Source: Arcobacteraceae bacterium (GTDB taxonomy: Bacteria > Campylobacterota > Campylobacteria > Campylobacterales > Arcobacteraceae). Taken from it: DNA of 64,000 bases. The DNA lies in assembly GCA_048268245.1 (NCBI GenBank), contig JBLWVX010000001.1, forward strand, positions 96,001 through 160,000, read 5' to 3'. The position numbers and the translations under genes are program-made. The notes under the pieces are model-generated. The model saw nothing but the letters and a program-made list of their open reading frames with translations. It ran no database searches and was not told where the DNA came from. The stretch's first letter is position 1. Each line of letters starts with the position of its first letter. This document shows, one piece after another, positions 39,620 to 48,879 of this stretch.

Positions 39620-41500
39620 ATGATATTTAAAAATATAAAATTTCAATACAAAATCTATATAATTACCTTTATATTAATAATATTTTTTATCTTTATAACT
39701 TATATTTCAAATTTAAATAATAAACATATATTTGAAAATTTAGAAAACTTAAAAAATACTAATTATTCACTACAATCAACTTTGATTTTATTATCTGATG
39801 TTGAACATTTACAAAGGTTAATAATAGAATACACAATGTCCTCAGATAAAGGTTTAATTGAGCCAATAGAAAAATATTTTGATAAAGTTTCAAATCATTC
39901 TATACCAAATATTTCTAAAAACAATAATTTCTCTTATATCTATAAAAAGCTTTTAGATAATATAAAACAGTATAAGAAAAATTATGAGATAGCTAAAAAA
40001 CAAATACCTTTAAATTTCACTTTAAGAGAAAACTTAAGAAATAATAGTAAAAAACTAGAAAATCAACTTGAACAAATTTATAAATTTACGGAGAAAAAAG
40101 ACTCATTAATAAAAGTAATTTTAATAAGAAAAACTTCTTTAGAAATAGAACGTTCTGTTATAAGATATTTAGAAACAGATAATAGAGTACATATAAAATT
40201 TATGAAAAATAATTTTAGTATTATAGAAAATAACTTTAAGTTGTTAGAAAAATCAATCAAAATTGATAAAAAGATAATTAATCAAATATCTAATACAATT
40301 AAAGAATTCAAAAAAAATGTAAATCAAACAATTGAACATTATAGAACATATTCAATGCTTACAAAAGTAGTAATACCAGGAGATGTTTATGAGATTTATT
40401 TTTATGCAGAAAAATTAAAAACATTAACTCTTACAAAAATTGATTCTGTTCAAGAAATGATTAAATACTATTCAGAATTGAATAAGAAATTTAATTTTTA
40501 TGGAAGTATAATTTATATATCATTAGTTATATTAAGCTTTATTCTTATTATTCGTATGTTACAAAAGCCTTTAGAAGATCTTACAATAATGTTTCAAAAA
40601 CTTTCTAAAGGGGAGGATGATGTATCTATTCCTGCTTATACTTATGATGATAATATAGGTAAATTAATCCAATCAGCTGATATGTATAAACAAAGAAATA
40701 AAGAGACTAAAGAACTTTTAAAACAAACTCAAGATTACAAAAATAATCTTGAAATAAAAGTAGAAAATGAAATAAATATAAGAAGAGAACAAGAAAAAGT
40801 TTTATTACACCAAGCTAAACTAGCTTCAATGGGTGAAATGATAGGTGCAATAGCACATCAATGGAGACAACCTTTAAATGAATTAAGTATACGTATTCAA
40901 AAAATTAAATATACTTATGCAAAAGGTAAAATAGATGATGAATATATTCAAGAGTTTATTTATAAAAATAAAAAAACGATAGATTTTATGAGTAAAACTA
41001 TCGATGATTTTAGAAACTTTTTTAGAATTGATAAAGAAAAAATACAATTCAAAGTGAAAAAAGCCATTGAAGATATTATAGAAATTCAAACATCTCAACT
41101 CAAAAACTATAATATCAAAGTAGAAATTTTAGGACAAGAGTTAGTAATAAATGGATTTAAAAGAGAATTTCAACAAGTAATTGTAAATCTTCTTAGTAAT
41201 TCAAAAGATTCATTTATATCAAAACAAATCAAAGAACCTGTAATTAAAATTATCATTGATAAAAATAAAATTCTTTTCCAAGATAATGCAGGAGGTTTTT
41301 CAGAAGATATTATAGAAAGAGTTTTTGAACCTTACTTTACTACAAAAGAACAAGGTGAAGGAACTGGAATTGGTTTATATATGTGTAAGATGATTATAGA
41401 AGATAACATGAATGGAAAAATATCTGCATCAAATGAAAATGATGGTGCAGTAATTATGATTGAATTTAATAAAGAGGAAGTTAAAAATGCAACAAATTAA
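39620..41500 (+). CDS. membrane sensor histidine kinase with HAMP domain
   Basis: TM, helical periplasmic domain, TM, HAMP, IAHQWRQP, DNAGG, GTGIGL. Confidence 0.9.
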   Translation: MIFKNIKFQYKIYIITFILIIFFIFITYISNLNNKHIFENLENLKNTNYSLQSTLILLSDVEHLQRLIIEYTMSSDKGLIEPIEKYFDKVSNHSIPNISKNNNFSYIYKKLLDNIKQYKKNYEIAKKQIPLNFTLRENLRNNSKKLENQLEQIYKFTEKKDSLIKVILIRKTSLEIERSVIRYLETDNRVHIKFMKNNFSIIENNFKLLEKSIKIDKKIINQISNTIKEFKKNVNQTIEHYRTYSMLTKVVIPGDVYEIYFYAEKLKTLTLTKIDSVQEMIKYYSELNKKFNFYGSIIYISLVILSFILIIRMLQKPLEDLTIMFQKLSKGEDDVSIPAYTYDDNIGKLIQSADMYKQRNKETKELLKQTQDYKNNLEIKVENEINIRREQEKVLLHQAKLASMGEMIGAIAHQWRQPLNELSIRIQKIKYTYAKGKIDDEYIQEFIYKNKKTIDFMSKTIDDFRNFFRIDKEKIQFKVKKAIEDIIEIQTSQLKNYNIKVEILGQELVINGFKREFQQVIVNLLSNSKDSFISKQIKEPVIKIIIDKNKILFQDNAGGFSEDIIERVFEPYFTTKEQGEGTGIGLYMCKMIIEDNMNGKISASNENDGAVIMIEFNKEEVKNATN

Positions 41501-42626
41501 CTCTATATTATATGTAGAAGATGAAAAAAATGTACAAGAGGAATTAGCAGAAGTATTAGAATTTTACTGTAAAAATCTATATTTTGCAGATGATGGGAAA
41601 CAAGGATTAAAACAGTTTATACAATACAAGCCTGACATTATTATAACTGACATTAAAATGCCAATTATGGATGGAATTGAAATGTCTAAGGAAATAAAAG
41701 AGATAAATAAAGAGCAACATATTATATTCACAACTGCTTTTAGTGATATAGATTTTTTTCAAGAAGCAATTGAACTACAAGTTGATGGATATATAATAAA
41801 ACCTATTGATTTAACTCTATTAGAAAATAAAATCGAAAGTGTTATAAAAAATATAAAGTTAAAAGAAGAATTGTTTGAAAAAGAACAAATGTTATTACAA
41901 ACTTCAAAACTAGCTTCAATGGGAGAAATGATTGGTAATATTGCTCACCAATGGAAACAACCTTTATCAATAATTTCTACTTGTGCAAGTAGTCTAATAA
42001 TAGAACATGACCTTGACCAAATAAATAAAGAAAGTGTTCTTGCACGTTCTGAAAATATAATGTCTCAAACAGAGTATTTAAATAATACAATTAATGACTT
42101 TACAAATTTTTTTAAACCCAATGAACATAATAATAACTATAATGTAAAAAAGTTTTTAGATAAATGTATAGATTTAGTTCATAGTTCTTTTGAAGCAAAT
42201 ACTATTGAAACAATGAAAAAAGTAGATGATAGAATCAATTCTTATGGAGATCCAAGCCAATTAACACAAGCAATAATTAATATTTTAAATAATGCAAAAG
42301 ATGCTCTAAAAGCAGCTGAAAAACTACAAAAAAAACTTGTCTTTATAGTTACAGCAAAAGAAGATAATCATAACAATATTGAATTAATTATTAAAGATAA
42401 TGCAGGTGGTATTCCTGAAAATATAATAGAAAATGTATTTAATCCTTATTTTACTACAAAATCAAAAGATGAAGGTACAGGATTAGGTTTATATATTACT
42501 AAAACTATTATTACTAAAAAACTTAAAGGCAATATAAAAGTAGAAAATGAAGTATTTGACTTTGAAGGTATAACATACAAGGGTGCAAAATTTACTATAA
42601 CACTACCACTTGCTGTTCATAATTAG
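41487..42626 (+). CDS. hybrid receiver-histidine kinase
   Basis: REC (YVEDE, TDIKMP) followed by IAHQWKQP, DNAGG, GTGLGL. Start set at ATG 41487 after GAGGA. Confidence 0.9.
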   Translation: MQQINSILYVEDEKNVQEELAEVLEFYCKNLYFADDGKQGLKQFIQYKPDIIITDIKMPIMDGIEMSKEIKEINKEQHIIFTTAFSDIDFFQEAIELQVDGYIIKPIDLTLLENKIESVIKNIKLKEELFEKEQMLLQTSKLASMGEMIGNIAHQWKQPLSIISTCASSLIIEHDLDQINKESVLARSENIMSQTEYLNNTINDFTNFFKPNEHNNNYNVKKFLDKCIDLVHSSFEANTIETMKKVDDRINSYGDPSQLTQAIINILNNAKDALKAAEKLQKKLVFIVTAKEDNHNNIELIIKDNAGGIPENIIENVFNPYFTTKSKDEGTGLGLYITKTIITKKLKGNIKVENEVFDFEGITYKGAKFTITLPLAVHN

Positions 42627-42648
42627 CAAGTGGTATAAAATAGTATTT

Positions 42649-43353
42649 TTATAAAAAAGTAGAAAGTAAACCAATTAATCCACCAAAAACAGCACCCCAA
42701 ACAACTAACCATCCTAGATGTTCTCTTATGATTTTTTGAATCATTTCTTTTACCATTTTAGGTGTTAATTCATCTAATCTTTTATTTACAATTGAACTTA
42801 ATTTATTGTAAATATCATCACTTAAATCATCTGATTTTAAAGCCTCATTTAAAACAGCTTGAAAAGAATCACTTTTTGAAATATCAACTATTGAACTTCT
42901 TAGTTTTTTTGTAAAAGGTTCTTTTAGAGGCTCTAAAGCTTGCTCTCCTCCAAACATTCCAAGCATTCCACCAAAAGATGACTCCATAACTGCACTTTTT
43001 AGTGAGTCATAAGCAGGTGTAAAATCTGTTTTATTTAAAATCTTTTCAAAATCAACAGTGTTTTTAGCACTATTTACCTCATCTTCAAAAAATCTTTTTA
43101 GATGTTCTTTTGTAAAGAACTGATTCATAAGTAAATCATGAATTGACTTTTTAAATTGTGAAAATTTATTTTCAATAACACCCGAACCATAAAGATATGG
43201 AACTTTTTCAAAAAGCATATGAATTGCAAGTGTATTTGTAAGTGAACCACTTAAAGCAAAAAGTCCTATTGTAAAAATAGTGTCATAGCCATTTGAATAA
43301 CCATAAGCCATAAGTAACAAAGCAGCTAAATTTGTAATATCAGATTTATTCAT
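42649..43353 (-). CDS. DUF445-family membrane protein
   Basis: TNTLAIHMLFEKVP and HLGWLVVWGAVFGGLIG motifs. Confidence 0.8.
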   Translation of the reverse strand: MNKSDITNLAALLLMAYGYSNGYDTIFTIGLFALSGSLTNTLAIHMLFEKVPYLYGSGVIENKFSQFKKSIHDLLMNQFFTKEHLKRFFEDEVNSAKNTVDFEKILNKTDFTPAYDSLKSAVMESSFGGMLGMFGGEQALEPLKEPFTKKLRSSIVDISKSDSFQAVLNEALKSDDLSDDIYNKLSSIVNKRLDELTPKMVKEMIQKIIREHLGWLVVWGAVFGGLIGLLSTFL

Positions 43354-43356
43354 TTG

Positions 43357-43386
43357 TAAAATCCCCCTAATTAAAAGGGGATTTTA
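43357..43386. terminator. inverted repeat downstream of phoX overlapping the DUF445 RBS
   Basis: TAAAATCCCC-N10-GGGGATTTTA. Confidence 0.45.
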
Positions 43387-43420
43387 ACATAAGTTTTGTA
43401 AGAAAAGTTTTTAAGCAGTT

Positions 43421-46400
43421 TTATTTTATTTCATAAATAGCAGTAGAACCACTTACTTCATAAGCAACCATAAGTAATGCACTTCCAGTTGGACTATTTT
43501 CAGCTTTTACAAACTTCATACCCTCTGGTGAAATATTTTCATTTTTATTTGATTTAATATATTTAACAAATTTAGAGTTTTGAGCATCTGTAATATCATA
43601 GATTACAATTGCATTTTGTCTTTCTAACCCAACAAAAGCATATGTTCTATCATTTACTTCACCAACAGCTAAAGCTTCTGGTTCAACTCCTTTATTACCA
43701 CTTCTTCTATCTTTTTCTCCATCATCTTGATTAAATAAATTTGGCATAAATTTTGCAGTTAATTTTGATAATTCATTTTTACTATCAAATACTAAAGTAC
43801 CTTCTTCATCCCAAATAGAGAATGATCTAGCACCAAAAGTATATAACTTTTCATAATCACCTGAACTATTTTTACCTAATTCATTATTCACTTTTAAATC
43901 ATTTTCATTTTCATAAGCAAATGCAATTGAAGAGTCTAAAGATAATTTACTAATCTTTGTTTCATTTGCATAGTCACCATACTCTCTTCCATCACCCTCA
44001 TTTGCTGTTACTAAATATGTTTTTGAACCTATCTTATAAGAAGCTATTGAATCTGGTTGATACATACCATATAAACCTTTATAAGTTTTAAGCATTGGAA
44101 TACCTTCTTCTTCAATATCTATAGCATTCTCTTCTTTTGAATGGTCTTTAAATCCTAAAGCAACAACTGAGTCAATCTTTTTAGAAGTAATATCAACAAT
44201 AGCTAATGCATTGTTTTCTTGAAGAATTACATAAGCTTTATTTCCTGAAACAGTTACATATTCAGGTTCTAAGTCTAAAGAAGCATCAACACCATCTTTT
44301 AATACTACATCACTTGGAATTTCAATACCATCAAAAGTTAAATCAGTATATGAGTAGTTACTGTTAACCTCAATTATTCCTACTGAACCTTTTGGATCAT
44401 ATGAGTAGTCACTATTTGGCTCACCCTCATTTGCTACAATGATTTTTGAACCATCTTCATTAAATGTAACCATATCTGGTAAATATCCAACCTCTATAGT
44501 CTTCATATGTGTTCCATTTGTATCAAATACAACAACAAAACCTTTCATTTGTTTTGATGAATCCTGTGAATCTACTTTTTCAACTGCTACTGCAACTTTT
44601 CCATTTGCTACTGCAACTGAGTTTACACTATTTCCGTAAGTTGATAAGTTAACTGATTTATAAGATGTTAAACTCATAGTTGTTTTATCTTTATCATAAA
44701 AAACTGTATTAATATCTAAAGCATTATTAGCTCCATTTGTAGTAAACATTCTATTTGTATCACTATCAAAAGCTACAATCTCGCTTCCACCTTCTATTGA
44801 AGTTTCTAATACAGCAAGCTTTTCAAAAGAGTTTAACTTTGGTGTTTCTTTTAACTCATCTAAGTTTTTAAATGGTCCTATATATCCAATAGTTGATTCT
44901 TTTTGAGCAAGAGTAGAAGATTGAGACTTCATAGGGTGTTGTGTTACAACAGATAAATATCCATATCCATTTGCTAAATTACTATACCAAAATGGTGAAG
45001 TCGTTTCAGAATCAAGAGGAGTTGTAAATGTTCTAGTTAACTCTTTAGTTTTAACATTATAAGCCCAAACAACATTATTCTCATGTTTACCTGTATCTTC
45101 ACCAATCATTAGAATGTCAGAGTTCTCTAAGAAAGTAACATTGTCAGGATTTGAAATACCATTTATGTCACAACTATTATTTGCATAAACAGAACCACTA
45201 TCATAAGTAGTTGGTATTCCACTTATTACTGCATTCATGTTTTTTACTACATACTCAGAGTCAATTGTAGTATCAGCAGTATCTTTTGCTGTTTGAGTAT
45301 TTACATCTAAAGAGTAAACAGCCCCACATTGATTATATGCTACTTTAATATCATTATTTCCACCAATGTCATATTTTGTGTTAGTTGTTCCACTTTTTTT
45401 ATTATCTTCCATTCCTCTTTCAACTGAACTCATTGATACATATAATTTTCCTGAGTTTTTATCAAAAGTAATACCCTCTTCTTTTCTAAACTCAGTTGTA
45501 GCTCCCATATAAGCAGCGTATCTTCTAGACTCTAATCTTGAAGCAGCTTTTTGCATTCCTTCTTTTAGGTTTAAACACTCAAACCCAACACTTGTATTAG
45601 TTGCAGTATAACCTGTAGGACAAGTACCATCACTATTTCCAGCTACTGTATCAAAAATATCTGAGAATTTAATTGCATCATTTGTTGCAATATTTCCATC
45701 TTTATCTAAATATTCTCTAATTTCACTATCTGTTGCATGACCTAAGTTAACCCATGTAATATCAGCTTCGCCAGCACCAACTCCAACTTGTGAAGTCTGA
45801 TTCCACTTAGCAGCATATAATGTACCTGCACTTAAATCTTTTGCTTTATCAGCAACAAACATAAATAGTCCAACATTTGTTCCATCATCTGATAAATATA
45901 CAGTTTTATTATCAGGCATTACATATGCTAACTCATGCGACATTCTTCCCATTGAGTAGTGTTTTGTATATTCTGGTTTACCATCTTTGATTTTTACTTC
46001 TGGATTCCAACCATAGTAGTATGGTGACATTTTAGTAGCATCACCTTTCCAGAATTTTGCAACCTCATCATAATACTTATTCCCTGTTAATCCAGTATTT
46101 GAATCGGCACCTTGCTCCACAGCTTTAGCATCTGGTTCATACTCTTCTGAACCTAAGTGAGATTCCCAAGGTGTTTTTTGACCTGCACAGTGAACAAAGC
46201 CACCAAATTCATCTTTTTGAGAGATAAACTTCATACTATTTTCTTTTGGACTTAATTCACCAGTTTGCTCATTTTGCTCTAACTCTACCATGTACATAGA
46301 GCCAACTTGACACTCAAACTGAGATACCATATATAAATTTCCATCTTTATTTAAAAATGATGTATAATCAAGTCCCGAACCAACTCCACTATTTGTACCA

Positions 46401-47185
46401 TTACAAATATATGGTGAACCATCATCTATAGCTCCTCTACTAAAAGTAATTACATCATCCATATAATCTTTTGATAAACCAAATACTTCACCATTATTAC
46501 TATCACCAGTAGCCATAATTGTTTTATATGAAATATTTTGAGTTTTACCATTTATTACAACTTCTGAAGATGCTTGTCTAGTTGTTTTAGTAGCATCAGT
46601 TGTAGGTGTTTGTATTTCTTTGAATTTTACATCTACTTTATTTGCAAACTTTTTACTTACATCAATCTTGATTTTTTTGATTTTTTCTTTTATATCTGCA
46701 TCATCTAATTTCTCAGATAGTTTATCAATAGATGAAAAATCTAAAGCAGAAGAAGAACTTCCTTCGATATCTTCAGGTAATTCAAAAGTTTCTGGAAGGT
46801 TATTTATATCATAATCAATTCCAGTTTTTTTACTCATTTTTGCAATAATAAATGCAGATAAGGCTGCACTTGAAACATTTTCATTTTGCTCAGCAATTGC
46901 AGCAATTGTAAGTTTTGAGCTAGGAGTTGCTTTTAATTCTTTTCCACCTATCACAAACTTACAAGTTTCACCCTCATTATATTTGTATTCCCCATTACTA
47001 TTTGTAGTACCATTAGTATCTCCACATGTATAATCGATATTTGCTAAATTTGGATTTAGATTCAATGTTCCTGTCGAACTTTGTGAATTGGATGTTTGTG
47101 AATAAGAACTTCCACATCCTATAAAAGTAATTGAAGCTAAAATAGCTGAAGCAACAAAACTCATTCTCAAATAATTTCTTTTCAT
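43421..47185 (-). CDS. phoX: PhoX-family alkaline phosphatase fused to choice-of-anchor-I beta-propeller; lipoprotein
   Basis: Lipobox FIGC. PhoX motifs HCAGQKTPWESHLGSEE, GRMSHE, NPDN, IGED. C-terminal ANEGEP, DLEPEY, LQENNA, QPDSIA, ANEGD, GARSFSIW, EPEA, GLER. Confidence 0.85.
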   Translation of the reverse strand: MKRNYLRMSFVASAILASITFIGCGSSYSQTSNSQSSTGTLNLNPNLANIDYTCGDTNGTTNSNGEYKYNEGETCKFVIGGKELKATPSSKLTIAAIAEQNENVSSAALSAFIIAKMSKKTGIDYDINNLPETFELPEDIEGSSSSALDFSSIDKLSEKLDDADIKEKIKKIKIDVSKKFANKVDVKFKEIQTPTTDATKTTRQASSEVVINGKTQNISYKTIMATGDSNNGEVFGLSKDYMDDVITFSRGAIDDGSPYICNGTNSGVGSGLDYTSFLNKDGNLYMVSQFECQVGSMYMVELEQNEQTGELSPKENSMKFISQKDEFGGFVHCAGQKTPWESHLGSEEYEPDAKAVEQGADSNTGLTGNKYYDEVAKFWKGDATKMSPYYYGWNPEVKIKDGKPEYTKHYSMGRMSHELAYVMPDNKTVYLSDDGTNVGLFMFVADKAKDLSAGTLYAAKWNQTSQVGVGAGEADITWVNLGHATDSEIREYLDKDGNIATNDAIKFSDIFDTVAGNSDGTCPTGYTATNTSVGFECLNLKEGMQKAASRLESRRYAAYMGATTEFRKEEGITFDKNSGKLYVSMSSVERGMEDNKKSGTTNTKYDIGGNNDIKVAYNQCGAVYSLDVNTQTAKDTADTTIDSEYVVKNMNAVISGIPTTYDSGSVYANNSCDINGISNPDNVTFLENSDILMIGEDTGKHENNVVWAYNVKTKELTRTFTTPLDSETTSPFWYSNLANGYGYLSVVTQHPMKSQSSTLAQKESTIGYIGPFKNLDELKETPKLNSFEKLAVLETSIEGGSEIVAFDSDTNRMFTTNGANNALDINTVFYDKDKTTMSLTSYKSVNLSTYGNSVNSVAVANGKVAVAVEKVDSQDSSKQMKGFVVVFDTNGTHMKTIEVGYLPDMVTFNEDGSKIIVANEGEPNSDYSYDPKGSVGIIEVNSNYSYTDLTFDGIEIPSDVVLKDGVDASLDLEPEYVTVSGNKAYVILQENNALAIVDITSKKIDSVVALGFKDHSKEENAIDIEEEGIPMLKTYKGLYGMYQPDSIASYKIGSKTYLVTANEGDGREYGDYANETKISKLSLDSSIAFAYENENDLKVNNELGKNSSGDYEKLYTFGARSFSIWDEEGTLVFDSKNELSKLTAKFMPNLFNQDDGEKDRRSGNKGVEPEALAVGEVNDRTYAFVGLERQNAIVIYDITDAQNSKFVKYIKSNKNENISPEGMKFVKAENSPTGSALLMVAYEVSGSTAIYEIK

Positions 47186-47237
47186 AATTTTCCTTTATTA
47201 TACATAATATGTAAACTTTCATGTTATTTGTGCGGAA

Positions 47238-47270
47238 ATTTTAATAAAGAAAAATTACAAGAAAGTTACA
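47238..47270 (-). promoter_or_regulatory. Pho-box-like tandem repeat plus -10 box for phoX
   Basis: Minus strand TGTAAC-TTTC-TTGTAAT-N10-TAAAAT. Confidence 0.75.
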
Positions 47271-47304
47271 AAAAAACAATGGTTACCAAGAAGGTTAAAG
47301 CTTT

Positions 47305-47340
47305 AAAGAAATTATCTTATCTTAGATAGTTCTTTCTTTT
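47305..47340 (-). terminator. probable terminator of the four-gene operon
   Basis: Minus strand AAAGAACTATCT-aagata-AGATAATTTCTTT imperfect stem after the stop at 47359. Confidence 0.45.
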
Positions 47341-47358
47341 TTAAAGCTTAAATAGATT

Positions 47359-47673
47359 TTATTTAAACAATTTTACATAATTATGTTCAGGAGTCTTTCG
47401 TAAGAAAAAAACAAGCTTAAAGGGCTTCTTTTCAAGCTTTACGAAAGAGTGTTTCTTTAAAAATGGGTATCTCTTAGTAACCATGATTTTATCATTTTCA
47501 TCTAGTATATTATAGTTATATAAACCACATTTATTTTTACTGTTACTTTTACAAATAACTTTTGCTTTTTGTGTATTTATATCATAAGAAACATCTAAAT
47601 TTATTGTATAACTAACAGGATGAGCGATACCAAAACTAAATAAAAAACTCAATATTAATAAAACTTTATTCAC
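47359..47673 (-). CDS. small exported hypothetical protein
   Basis: Signal peptide ending GIA|HP; two Cys; overlaps the DUF1007 gene. Confidence 0.75.
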   Translation of the reverse strand: MNKVLLILSFLFSFGIAHPVSYTINLDVSYDINTQKAKVICKSNSKNKCGLYNYNILDENDKIMVTKRYPFLKKHSFVKLEKKPFKLVFFLRKTPEHNYVKLFK

Positions 47674-48151
47674 TTGAAACTCCTAAACAAAAATCATACT
47701 CGCTTTTTTGAACATCCAATTTAGTATGAGAACTAACTTCATTTAATTTATATGCCATATAAATTTTCTCATCCATTGTACACATTGTAAACACTTCATC
47801 TAGTTTTATATCAATATCAAAAGTAAGAGAAACTCTTCGTTTCTCAAACTTAACATCAATGTTAGAAGGGTTTATTTTGTACTCTTCATTATCAGCTAAG
47901 AATATATTATAGTTATTATTCTCAAGTGTTTTAAAATGTACCTTTATAAACTCTTCTTTTTCATTTAAGTCAAATTTTTTATTAGAGTTTTTATCAAAAT
48001 CAAAAAGTAAAACCCTTGAATTAAGCTTATCAAACAACCATTCATTTTTTATTTTTCCATCTTCAAAAAAGATATTTGAATCTATAAAAAAATGAGGGTG
48101 TGCCTTTAAACTAACAGTAGCTATAAATAAAATAACTAAAATCTTTTTCAT
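47666..48151 (-). CDS. DUF1007 (ZevA-like) periplasmic metal-binding protein
   Basis: Signal peptide then AHPHFFID; WLFD; EF-hand-like DKNSNKKFDLNE; adjacent to an RcnA/ZevB-like permease. Confidence 0.75.
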   Translation of the reverse strand: MKKILVILFIATVSLKAHPHFFIDSNIFFEDGKIKNEWLFDKLNSRVLLFDFDKNSNKKFDLNEKEEFIKVHFKTLENNNYNIFLADNEEYKINPSNIDVKFEKRRVSLTFDIDIKLDEVFTMCTMDEKIYMAYKLNEVSSHTKLDVQKSEYDFCLGVSSE

Positions 48152-48879
48152 ACTAATAAAAATACTCCTAATCCTAATAATAAAACAATTGCCCCGTAAG
48201 TTAAAATATTCATAAACATCTTGTAGCTATTAAACTTTTTATTTTTAACCTGAGTAGCAAGTATAGCTGCTAATGAAATAGTAAGACCCATACCAATACT
48301 CATAGTTATAGCACTTAGAATACCTAAGTTTATATACCCTAGAATCATTGAAAATAGTACTATTGTCATAACTCCTGGGCAAGGTACTATTCCTATTGAT
48401 AAACTAACAGCAAAAAGATTTTTATTCTTTAACTTTTGAGTTTTTTCTTCTTCATTTCTGTCTTTAATTACTTCATATAATAAATACAAAGCAATTAAGA
48501 TTATAAATACAGCAGAAACCTTATACATATTGGCATTTATCTCTTGAAAATGTTTTGTAACTGACCTTTGAAAAAAAAGATATAAGACCCCAGTTATTAA
48601 AAGGGCTGATACTGTATGAATAATTGAAGTTAAAAAACCTGCTTTAAAAGCCTCTTTTATTTTTGCTTCTTTTGCCAAAAAGTAACTAGCAATTACCATC
48701 TTACCATGACCTGGTCCTAAAGCATGAACTAAACCATAAAGAAATGACACAAATAAAATAGAGAAAAAAATCATACTTTCACCACTTTCTAGCCTATCAA
48801 AATAATCAGAAATCAGTAGGTTTAACTCTTGTTGTTTTGAAACTATAAAACTTAAAAAACTTGCATAAAACTCTATCAT
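48148..48879 (-). CDS. RcnA/ZevB-like nickel/cobalt-family metal transporter
   Basis: YGLVHALGPGHGK and GIVPCPG motifs; multiple TM helices. Confidence 0.88.
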   Translation of the reverse strand: MIEFYASFLSFIVSKQQELNLLISDYFDRLESGESMIFFSILFVSFLYGLVHALGPGHGKMVIASYFLAKEAKIKEAFKAGFLTSIIHTVSALLITGVLYLFFQRSVTKHFQEINANMYKVSAVFIILIALYLLYEVIKDRNEEEKTQKLKNKNLFAVSLSIGIVPCPGVMTIVLFSMILGYINLGILSAITMSIGMGLTISLAAILATQVKNKKFNSYKMFMNILTYGAIVLLLGLGVFLLV

